Source: an uncultured Planctomycetaceae bacterium (GTDB lineage: Bacteria; Planctomycetota; Phycisphaerae; Sedimentisphaerales; UBA12454). Taken from it: DNA of 64,000 bases. The DNA is taken from contig CAZUEO010000003.1 in NCBI GenBank assembly GCA_964619675.1, positions 56,186-120,185 on the forward strand, given 5' to 3'. Both the position numbers and the translations under genes were made by a program. A model generated the notes under the pieces. It was given only the letters and a program-made list of their open reading frames with translations, searched no databases and was not told the DNA's origin. Positions within the stretch are counted from its first letter, which is position 1. Each line of letters begins with the position of its first letter. Below are positions 30,301 through 36,973 of the stretch, piece after piece.

Positions 30301-30536
30301 ATGTGCCTGTTTTAGATGCAAATAAAAAACTTGAGCAGACTTTCGAAAAAATGAAAACGCTCCTGCAGAATAAACAGGGGCGGTTTGTATTCTGCCAGAA
30401 CTTAAAAGTTTTTGACGGTGATAATCTTTATATCTTAAAACCTATGCAAATGCGGTTTTGGTCTCGCACAGCAGCCTTAAATGATGCAGATGAGATTGCC
30501 GGTGCTATTCTGAATTCGAGGGAGAAAAATAAATAA
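27318..30536 (+). CDS. Large gamma-class N6-adenine DNA methyltransferase with built-in specificity domain (PglX / MmeI-family-like architecture)
   Basis: GAYYTP (aa 353-358), ILDPACGSGVFL (motif I), DIVIGNPPW (motif IV, nt 28836-28847) and the TaqI_C/Eco57I-type LRFLAVVLNSDLVYYYLF are present. The N-terminal helical region has FLTRLLFVCYLIERG and YDFSVIPIETISAVYESFL. The gene is AT-rich. Confidence 0.8.
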   Translation: MDTITTESIIKTSSITPWPRKLYRNAEEFWRNSQGFHYAYLIYRTLRGDHKRTFQPDAVFYVGKSPAAYLKNVDEIREEDVGQWQRFLWNQAIVPMLIIKSPIKVRVYTAYSQPQKSDSTEKIQSLLEDTADALKLDKLWTAIESGMIYELKPEAFKREHAVDQYLLDNLNAAGQLLAKTQPGKTKEANEENLEFAHHFLTRLLFVCYLIERGMIGKHFNDSEHEFLKELRPATDEKKGYFLKDLFEDLNTYSKKREALCRIFGYVKRTFNGSLFPESIATEKDRYTDDFIKIVDDFLHGHELRTGQKLLGFWAYDFSVIPIETISAVYESFLGEQGEIKEVLGGKNSKRTTGAYYTPLHLVELTVDIALEKIKNKKSIHKLKILDPACGSGVFLVSLFGRMAESLRRQETQTKGINWARKLLPKLHQLYGIDISQTACHITCFSLYLALLEQLEPSDVEYLHEHDEKLPPLLANTRPDSWDTVYPGNLFNTELSFKEKDFDIVIGNPPWVSRGNQKDEHFLKWLTSKKNTDIYGPEKQIAHGFMWEVPKYLSDSGIACLLLPTTVLLNNHTNQFQKEWFKSVTVERVVNFSDLRFILFKSAIHPCVAISFKSVKSNPESIIRYESPKTDIRSQKGGPVYIREEDTTCLYLKEITFAAANDYAPTVWKTHYWGSWRDQRLLSRLMDFNKLSDLAGEIGKHKKWIKGQGIQVGGGDPNPVWWKPSTLYLDSEVDFDLIICKDDLITIKQAEIPIDTVHRPRDKKLFIGPKVLLAKGSRRVFFCNQEVVFRDTFTSITGTEKDTSLLRFLAVVLNSDLVYYYLFHTNSNLGIYRSQTYPNEFLSVPFFLPENAVAPDRAKEIVSIVAKQVGEFENSLKNKKWFGEEQKRKDKANKIRIRLELLIREYYNVDKYESMLIDDTLNLAVKSFHPRENTAKAKIPTLVDVNDEQAKEYVNTLCEMLNNFGEGSNFKVNGEIIKGQPYSVVQISLAETIDRNVPVLDANKKLEQTFEKMKTLLQNKQGRFVFCQNLKVFDGDNLYILKPMQMRFWSRTAALNDADEIAGAILNSREKNK

Positions 30537-31172
30537 ATGGCAACAGATGGCAATAAGGCTCTTTGGGCAGAAACATTCGACCCTGGCCAGATTCTAAAAG
30601 TTCTTCAACTTGTTCTTGATTCTTGGAGGTCTTTTAAAATCCCCTTAAAGCTATTGGAAGTACCCATCACACGAAAATTCTGCGCTCATCTTAGAAATAA
30701 TCGAGATAAATCAATTCATTTCTTTCGTATTGACTGGGAATCCACTGAACTTGATGATAAAGGCCAAGAACTAGGAAGGATTGATCTGAAGTTTTCCCAA
30801 GGTTATGACGAAAAAGTTTGTTTTTCCATTGAATGTAAACGCCTTAGGGTTAATTTCGATAGTGGGTTTGATTCATTAGCAAACGAATATGTAGAAGATG
30901 GAATGTATAGATACTTTAATGGCCAATATGCGACAGGGCTGGATAAAGGCGGAATGCTTGGTTACGTAATGGATGGTGAAGTAAATAAAGCTATTGAAAA
31001 CGTTCGCAAAGCGGTTGAAGGTCGCAGGCTTGATTTACATATGGAACAAGATGGCACTCTTTGCAACTGCTCTATATTAGCTTCCAAACAGGTAAAAGAA
31101 ACTTTTCATAATCATGGCCCTGAAAATAAATTTCATATTTATCATATTTTCCTTCCCGTAAAAGCTGCGTAA
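30537..31172 (+). CDS. Mrr-like PD-(D/E)xK nuclease-fold protein (putative partner endonuclease)
   Basis: GRID83LKF...CFSIE99CK101RL fits the D...(E)xK core. Its ATG directly abuts the TAA of the upstream MTase gene. Confidence 0.5.
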   Translation: MATDGNKALWAETFDPGQILKVLQLVLDSWRSFKIPLKLLEVPITRKFCAHLRNNRDKSIHFFRIDWESTELDDKGQELGRIDLKFSQGYDEKVCFSIECKRLRVNFDSGFDSLANEYVEDGMYRYFNGQYATGLDKGGMLGYVMDGEVNKAIENVRKAVEGRRLDLHMEQDGTLCNCSILASKQVKETFHNHGPENKFHIYHIFLPVKAA

Positions 31173-31370
31173 ATCCGTGTCTAAAAGAAAGCTTCCTTGT
31201 CGAAATTACGATGAGTAGAAAAGAAAATTGTCTGCATTGATAATGACCCACCCCCATTTATTGTATCATTATGAATTGGAGTATCCTGCGTTAATTAGTC
31301 CTTCCTCCCCCATTTGGCGACTTGCTTGATTTCTCCTTTGTCCATGCCCCATATTCTATTTCAGTTCTGC

Positions 31371-31904
31371 TCACCAGTATTGCAGCAGAAGCGTTGGAAG
31401 ACCGAGACCGATTGCGACCCCGTAGATATAATCAAACCAGACGACTCTCAGGCCGTTGGCGATGTAGATAGCAATAACCAGCGGCAGGCTTATTATTGCC
31501 AGCGGGTGAAGGGTGACTGCGGCCTTCTTGGCCTGCTGAAACAGCAGGTGTGCATCGCCGATGGACGGAAACGCGTGCATCCCTATGGAAATGCCCAGCC
31601 ACAGCAGGACATAATAAAACTTGTTCACCACGCCGAATATGCGCATTGGAATCAGCACCGGGAAGCAGATAATTATGCAGAGCAGTGAGTTAACGATAAA
31701 CGGCCCGACTGAAATAAGAAACGTCGTTGTAAAGTTGTTTGTCTCTTCGTGTACAACATATCCTGCAGGGTCGCCGAAGCGGAAAAAACAAAAATCCAAT
31801 ACCGCAACGCCTCTCAGCCGGCACAGCAGCATATGCGCAAATTCGTGCACAATCACGCCCGGGAAGGTTAAAACAGTTATAATATATCCCGGAATTAAAA
31901 ACAT
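31371..31904 (-). CDS. Membrane zinc metallopeptidase-like protein (DUF3267-like, HExxH)
   Basis: VIVHEFAHMLLCR (HExxH) is embedded in about 5 TM helices. Confidence 0.55.
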   Translation of the reverse strand: MFLIPGYIITVLTFPGVIVHEFAHMLLCRLRGVAVLDFCFFRFGDPAGYVVHEETNNFTTTFLISVGPFIVNSLLCIIICFPVLIPMRIFGVVNKFYYVLLWLGISIGMHAFPSIGDAHLLFQQAKKAAVTLHPLAIISLPLVIAIYIANGLRVVWFDYIYGVAIGLGLPTLLLQYW

Positions 31905-31906
31905 AC

Positions 31907-32833
31907 TTACTCCTTTGCCGGCTCTTTCCAGCCGTCGGGAAATCTTTTCTGAAACTCGCTGCGCGTGATAATCTCGCGGGAATAGAGACGATGAAGAATT
32001 CTCCGTTCGTATTCACTGAAATACGGGTCTGCTTTTGAAAGCGTTTTTGCCTTGTCCAGAATCTCGAGCGATTTTTTTCTGAACTGCTCGTCGCCTGTTA
32101 CGGCAAATTTGCATGCGTAGGCCGAGGCAACCTGACCGCAGTTGGTAACGTCATCGGGGTTTATGTTGTAATTTTCAATCGCCATGGCCAAAAATCGGTC
32201 GTAGTCTTTGTTGTCGAATGCCACGCCAATTTCTGCTGCTATTGCAAGCTGGTCCAGTGTTTCATTTAATCCCTGCGGCAGCGATGAACTCCGGCACGAG
32301 TTAATCACTTCCAGCGCCTCTGCGGGCCTGTCCTGCCCCAGCAGCAGAATCGACTGGTAAAGGGCTGCCATTGCGAGAAGTTCGCTGTTTTCCGGGACGT
32401 GCGCGGATGCCGAATCCATCAGTTCTGCGGCTTTTTCAAGGTCGTTTTTGTAAAAAGCCCTGACTGAACTTCTCATCTCGACGTAGGCCTGTATAAACCT
32501 TATATTCCAGACCAGTGCGCAAGCGACCAGGGCAAACATAATGAAAAGAAAAACCTTGACCCAGTGAGGAAAAGGACGGTGTCTGAAAAAAGTCTCGCAC
32601 TGCAGGCACACGGGCAGTCCTGCAAGCATAGGCAGATGCTGCTGGTTATGGTCTTTTCCACAGTTAAAGCATATTGTAGGGTCGATTTGCTGCTTAACAG
32701 ATTTGATGTCGATGTCTTTTTGCTCCGAGGCGGCTTGCTCGCCGCAGACCCTGCACAAGACGACAGCGTTTATCCTGAATGTCTCATTCATCGGAAATTG
32801 TTGGCCGCAATTTTCACACTTGACTGTCTGCAT
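31907..32833 (-). CDS. Zinc-ribbon / single-TM / helical-repeat protein
   Basis: There are three CxxC pairs (CENCGQ, CRVCGE, CFNCGK...CLQCE), one TM helix, and a TPR-like C-terminal half. It lies 2 nt upstream of the metallopeptidase gene. Confidence 0.5.
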   Translation of the reverse strand: MQTVKCENCGQQFPMNETFRINAVVLCRVCGEQAASEQKDIDIKSVKQQIDPTICFNCGKDHNQQHLPMLAGLPVCLQCETFFRHRPFPHWVKVFLFIMFALVACALVWNIRFIQAYVEMRSSVRAFYKNDLEKAAELMDSASAHVPENSELLAMAALYQSILLLGQDRPAEALEVINSCRSSSLPQGLNETLDQLAIAAEIGVAFDNKDYDRFLAMAIENYNINPDDVTNCGQVASAYACKFAVTGDEQFRKKSLEILDKAKTLSKADPYFSEYERRILHRLYSREIITRSEFQKRFPDGWKEPAKE

Positions 32834-32928
32834 TAGCCGAGTCCCTGAACCTTATTTACAATGGAATAATAGAGTTGTCACTAAAAAAAATCCTGATTTT
32901 AAATTTCCTTATGACTGTAAATTAATTC

Positions 32929-32957
32929 TTGACAATAGCCGATATGTATATTATACT
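32929..32957 (+). promoter_or_regulatory. Near-consensus sigma70-like promoter of ilvBN (TTGACA - 17 nt - TATACT)
   Basis: The -35 is at 32929-32934 and the -10 at 32952-32957. This leaves a ~195-nt leader before the ilvB ATG at 33160. Confidence 0.45.
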
Positions 32958-33159
32958 TGTTAAATTACAGGCTTGTCCGCTTTGAGGCGGAAAGTTGTCC
33001 CTGAGACACGCGTAGTGCTGTGATTATGGCGCTGCGGCAGGACGCAAATCCTGGTTCGACAGGCTGTGAGAGTTCGTTGCCTTACGGTCGGCCGGTCAGA
33101 AATGCCCAAAAGAGCCGCGGTTAGCTGGAATAACTGAATAGTTTATCAGGAGTAAAAAA

Positions 33160-34896
33160 ATGAAGAAAAATCCTTCACAGGACAGTTCCCGCCAAAGTCC
33201 ATCCGATTTTCCCATCAAGACCGGTGCTGAAATTATCGTCGAAACGTTGATTGAGCAGGGTGCCGATACAATTTTCGGTTATCCCGGCGGGGTTGTATTA
33301 CCCTTGTTTGACAGACTCTATGATGCGCCTATCAGGTTTATTATTCCTCGCCACGAACAAGGTGGCACCCATATGGCGGATGGCTACGCACGAGCAAGCG
33401 GTAAAGTCGGAGTTATTATTGTCACAAGTGGGCCGGGCGCGTGCAATCTTACTACAGGTATTGCAAATGCGATGATGGATTCTGTGCCGATAGTTGCGCT
33501 GACAGGACAGGTTCGAACAGAACTTATCGGCAACGATGCATTTCAAGAAGCCGACACAACCGGTATTACCAGGCCGATTACTAAGCATAATATGATTGTT
33601 AAAGATGTTAAAGACCTGCAACAGATGATTCGTGAGGCGTTCTATATCGCCAAAACCGGCCGGCCAGGGCCGGTGCTTATTGATATTCCTGTCGATATTG
33701 AAGTTGCCAAATGTCAGTTACAACCTCTAAAGGAAATCAGTCTGCCAGGCTATAAGCCTCCGCAGAAGGGCCATCTGCGCCAGATAAAAATGGCGGCACA
33801 GGCTATAGACAAATCTGACAAACCCGTGCTTTATGCCGGCGGCGGAGTTATTGCCGCCGATGCCGCTAAAGAACTGCACTCCTTTGCACAGAAAGCCAAT
33901 CTGCCTGTAACAACGACACTCCTTGGGCTCGGCAGCTACGACCAGAGCCGGCCGGAGTCGCTCGATATGCTGGGTATGCACGGCACAGCTTATGCCAATT
34001 TTGCAGTTCAGGAATGCGACCTGCTAATCGCGGTCGGTGCGCGTTTTGACGACAGGGTAACAGGCAAAGTCAAGACCTTTGCGCCTAATGCGAAAATCAT
34101 TCATATCGATATCGACCCGAGCAGCATCAGCAAAAATGTCGCTGTCAATATACCTGTCGTCGGCGATGCGAAGTTTATCCTTGCCGAGCTGGCAAAAGAA
34201 GTTAAACATAAGGAAAGAAAAGAATGGTTTGACAAAATCGCGGACTGGAAAAGACGTTACCCGCTGCGATACGACACGAGAAGTGCTGGTTTAAAGCCGC
34301 AATATGTTATTGAACAGCTTTGCGAGGCTGCAAAATCAGAGGCTATAGTTGTTACCGGCGTCGGTCAGCATCAGATGTGGACTGCCCAGTTTTATAAGCA
34401 TAGTAAGCCGAGGCACTTTATAACCTCTGGCGGGCTCGGCACTATGGGCTTCGGACTGCCTGCTGCGATAGGTGCTCAGGTTGCCAGGCCGGATGCTCTG
34501 GTTATCGCTATTGACGGCGACTGCAGCTTTAATATGACCCTTACCGAAATCAGTACAGCAGTCCAGTACGAATTGCCCATAAAAGTCTGCATCATCAATA
34601 ACGGTTATATGGGAATGGTCCGTCAGTGGCAGGAACTGTTTTACAACAAGAGATACTCGAAAACCCATATAGACAATCCGGAATTTGCCGTTGTTGCGCA
34701 GGCTCTTGGCGCAGTTGGAATTGCCGTTGAGAAAAAAAGCGAAGTCAAATCCGCTATCGCAAAAATGCTTGCGGAAAAGAAGCCCTGCATTGTCGATTTC
34801 AAAGTCGAACGCGAAGAAAACGTCTGGCCGATGGTCGCGGCAGGAAAGAGCCTGCATGAAATGGACGGACTCGATATCTTCGAAAGTATGGCATAG
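33160..34896 (+). CDS. ilvB: Acetolactate synthase large subunit
   Basis: The thiamine-PP enzyme has GYPGG, GPGACNL and the TPP motif GGLGTMGFGLPAAIGA...DGDCSFNM. Confidence 0.95.
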   Translation: MKKNPSQDSSRQSPSDFPIKTGAEIIVETLIEQGADTIFGYPGGVVLPLFDRLYDAPIRFIIPRHEQGGTHMADGYARASGKVGVIIVTSGPGACNLTTGIANAMMDSVPIVALTGQVRTELIGNDAFQEADTTGITRPITKHNMIVKDVKDLQQMIREAFYIAKTGRPGPVLIDIPVDIEVAKCQLQPLKEISLPGYKPPQKGHLRQIKMAAQAIDKSDKPVLYAGGGVIAADAAKELHSFAQKANLPVTTTLLGLGSYDQSRPESLDMLGMHGTAYANFAVQECDLLIAVGARFDDRVTGKVKTFAPNAKIIHIDIDPSSISKNVAVNIPVVGDAKFILAELAKEVKHKERKEWFDKIADWKRRYPLRYDTRSAGLKPQYVIEQLCEAAKSEAIVVTGVGQHQMWTAQFYKHSKPRHFITSGGLGTMGFGLPAAIGAQVARPDALVIAIDGDCSFNMTLTEISTAVQYELPIKVCIINNGYMGMVRQWQELFYNKRYSKTHIDNPEFAVVAQALGAVGIAVEKKSEVKSAIAKMLAEKKPCIVDFKVEREENVWPMVAAGKSLHEMDGLDIFESMA

Positions 34897-34900
34897 AGAA

Positions 34901-34938
34901 GTTATCAGTTATCAGTTATCAGTTATCGGTTATCGGTT
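34901..34938. repeat. Perfect heptanucleotide tandem array (GTTATCA)x3 (GTTATCG)x2 GTT
   Basis: It was read directly from the 66-nt ilvB-ilvN spacer. A related array lies at 35486-35514, after ilvN. Confidence 0.95.
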
Positions 34939-34962
34939 AAATTTTGCCGAAAGGGCAGAAAG

Positions 34963-35463
34963 ATGAAACATATAATAAGCGCATTGGTTCAGAACAAGCC
35001 CGGCGTGCTGGCTCACGTGGCAGGGATGTTCGCGGCAAGGGCCTTTAATATCGATTCACTCGCTGTTGGCAGAACCGACGACCCTGCTCTTAGCAGAATG
35101 ACGATAGTCGTTGTCGGAGACGATAAAGTGGTCGAGCAGGTCCGCAAACAGCTTGCAAAGGTTATAGATGTCGTAAAAGTGCAGGATTTCTCAGGCAGAG
35201 AAGTAATAGCACGGGACCTGATGTTAATATGCGTTCATATACCGCCTGAGAAACGGCCTGAGATACTTGCGCTTGTCGAGATGTTCAAGGCAAAGGTTGT
35301 CGATATAGGCCAGAGATTTGTTATGGTTGAAGTAGTCGGGCCGGAAGATAAAATCGAGGCCTTTGTCGAGGCCTGCAGGCCTTATGGCGTGAAAAATCTG
35401 GCGCGAACAGGTACAGTAGCGATGGGCAGATTCGATAGGCAGGAAGTCGCAGATAACGAATAA
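34963..35463 (+). CDS. ilvN: Acetolactate synthase small (regulatory) subunit
   Basis: The ACT domain begins HIISALVQNKPGVLAHVAGMFAARAFNIDSLAVG. Confidence 0.9.
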   Translation: MKHIISALVQNKPGVLAHVAGMFAARAFNIDSLAVGRTDDPALSRMTIVVVGDDKVVEQVRKQLAKVIDVVKVQDFSGREVIARDLMLICVHIPPEKRPEILALVEMFKAKVVDIGQRFVMVEVVGPEDKIEAFVEACRPYGVKNLARTGTVAMGRFDRQEVADNE

Positions 35464-35900
35464 GAACACAGAACTCAGAAGAAAAGTTATCAGCAACTCA
35501 GTTATCAGTTATCGGCAATTCACCACAGACCTGTCCCGAGCGCAGCCGAGGGAGCCACGGAGATGTGAAAAATTCCGAATTACAAAGCACGAATTCCAAA
35601 TCAATGTTGAATTACCGAAATTTAAAATTGAACGCTGCGATAATTAGTCGCCAGTTGCTGGTCGTTAGTCGCTAGTAAATAATATCAAAAATCAAATATA
35701 AAAATGACAGTTGCTGACGAGGGCTGCGATGAGGAACAGACAGAATTACGCAGTCCCTAAAGGACGGAGTAAAAATAAAAGATTACCGAACCGAAGGCAG
35801 CAACTGCAACCATCGCAACGCTACGCGAATGTTTTTTCAATAGAACCAACGGCCGCTAACTTTTCACCACAGAGAACTCAGAGAAAGAAGTAATTATAAA
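35464..35900. repeat. Heptanucleotide-register spacer sharing modules with 3500-3845
   Basis: Runs include aattccg/aattaca/aagcacg/aattcca/aatcaat and tcgccag/ttgctgg/tcgttag/tcgctag. Positions 35644-35710 match the reverse complement of 3741-3814 at roughly 90% with one 5-nt indel. Positions 35867-35883 match the reverse complement of 3521-3537 at 16 of 17. Confidence 0.7.
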
Positions 35901-35965
35901 AAAATAGGTGCGGGGTTTTCTTTTTCAGGTTTTCAACAGCCCCACTGTCCTTATTTATTTTGATT

Positions 35966-36373
35966 TTATTTTTTTCTTATTTCTTCAAGTGTGTCGTGAA
36001 TGCGAAAAATTACAACTAACCATTCGCAAGCTATACGAATACCAACCACATTTATTAGCCAAAAGAGAATAGCAATTGCCAATGTCAACAATTTTGAATG
36101 TGTAGTAGAATAATCAGAAGATGTTGCCCATAACAAAGCACCCAAACCGGTTATAGTACACCATACCGGGAAAATCACAATAATAAGTTTTGTTGTCAAC
36201 ATTACGCGAAAAGTCCAAAAATCTTTGGAGAGTTTACTGAGGCTATTCTCGTCATATATGTTTTTACCACTCGCAAGGAAAGATTGATTACACTTTGAGC
36301 ATTTTACTGTTTTACCCACATAAATATCAGGAACATCAAAGGTTATGATACACTGTGGACATTGAACTTTCAT
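35966..36373 (-). CDS. Zinc-ribbon plus DUF4282-like membrane protein
   Basis: MKVQCPQCIITFDVPD...VKCSKCNQSF is an MJ0042-type zinc ribbon. It is followed by two or three TM helices and R..CEWLVVIFRIHDTLEEI. An ATG with AAAGGAGAG upstream is preferred over TTG 36388. Confidence 0.55.
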   Translation of the reverse strand: MKVQCPQCIITFDVPDIYVGKTVKCSKCNQSFLASGKNIYDENSLSKLSKDFWTFRVMLTTKLIIVIFPVWCTITGLGALLWATSSDYSTTHSKLLTLAIAILFWLINVVGIRIACEWLVVIFRIHDTLEEIRKK

Positions 36374-36555
36374 ATTCTCTCCTTTCAAATCATAAAATAT
36401 TTTTTATACTGGTTTTGTATAAGAAGATGATATTTTAAAATATCATTCCTACGGTTGGATAAATTGTATCAAACAATAAATAACTACTCATTTTGTAGTA
36501 TTTCAAAATTTAACTGGATCCGTTGTTGCCCCTCAAGGAAACGGAGAAATTATAT

Positions 36556-36628
36556 CCTTAAATTCGGTGAAAAACAAGGGAAAATAGCGTAGAGCGGACA
36601 GCGTATAGCGTATAGGGGATAGGGATTA
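36556..36628. repeat. Direct repeat copy A (CCTTAAATT...AACAAGGGAAAATAGCGTAGAGCG...GGGGATAG)
   Basis: It aligns with 36813-36876, offset 257 bp. The tail is heptamer-periodic (gcgtaga/gcggaca/gcgtata/gcgtata/ggggata). Confidence 0.8.
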
Positions 36629-36629
36629 T

Positions 36630-36658
36630 TTGCAAATTTTCAGTCTATATCGTATAAT
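36630..36658 (+). promoter_or_regulatory. Near-consensus sigma70-like promoter (TTGCAA - 17 nt - TATAAT)
   Basis: The -35 is at 36630-36635 and the -10 at 36653-36658. No ORF follows. Confidence 0.45.
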
Positions 36659-36664
36659 ATATAT

Positions 36665-36763
36665 GTGAGCGGGTAATTCCTGCGGTGGGTGACTTGAGCA
36701 CCGGCGTGGACGCGTGTGCGGCTGGACTTAAGGGACATCGGCATTGCAGGCGCCGCTTTTTTT
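36665..36763 (+). ncRNA. Candidate ~100-nt small RNA
   Basis: It starts just after the promoter above. The 5' segment GCGG(36669-72)/CCUGC(36679-83) can pair with the 3' segment GCAGG(36746-50)/CCGC(36753-56), which is directly followed by T7 (36757-63). There is an internal hairpin GGUG-ACUUGAG-CACC. Confidence 0.3.
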
Positions 36764-36812
36764 ATGCGCTCAAATATTACAAATCTTCAATTCAATTCAG
36801 TATTTGCGATAG

Positions 36813-36876
36813 CCTTAAATTGGGCGGGAAACAAGGGAAAATAGCGTAGAGCGTATAGGGTTTAGGGGATAGATTA
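36813..36876. repeat. Direct repeat copy B
   Basis: See copy A. The two copies bracket the promoter/RNA/terminator unit. Confidence 0.8.
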
Positions 36877-36973
36877 CCGGCAACGGGTCCGTGAAATCTA
36901 TTAAAAAACAGATTTCTCCGCTTCCCCCCGCCTTCGCGGGGGTTCGGTCGAAATGACATTTCTACAAAGCAAT

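Noticed and set aside
33026-33124. Leader peptide for ilv attenuation
   Set aside because: The only leader ORF (MALRQDANPGSTGCESSLPYGRPVRNAQKSRG) has no Ile/Leu/Val codon run and no SD sequence.
34901-34938. Possible CRISPR array or other spacer-repeat structure in the heptamer-rich spacers
   Set aside because: The repeat unit is only 7 nt with no unique spacers, and no cas genes are in the window. These are simple tandem repeats, not CRISPR.
36665-36763. SRP (4.5S) RNA: the stretch GACGCGTGTGC resembles part of E. coli 4.5S RNA as I recall it
   Set aside because: The universally conserved domain IV elements (GGAA tetraloop with flanking AGCA/GUCAGG motifs) are absent, so the resemblance is taken as coincidental.
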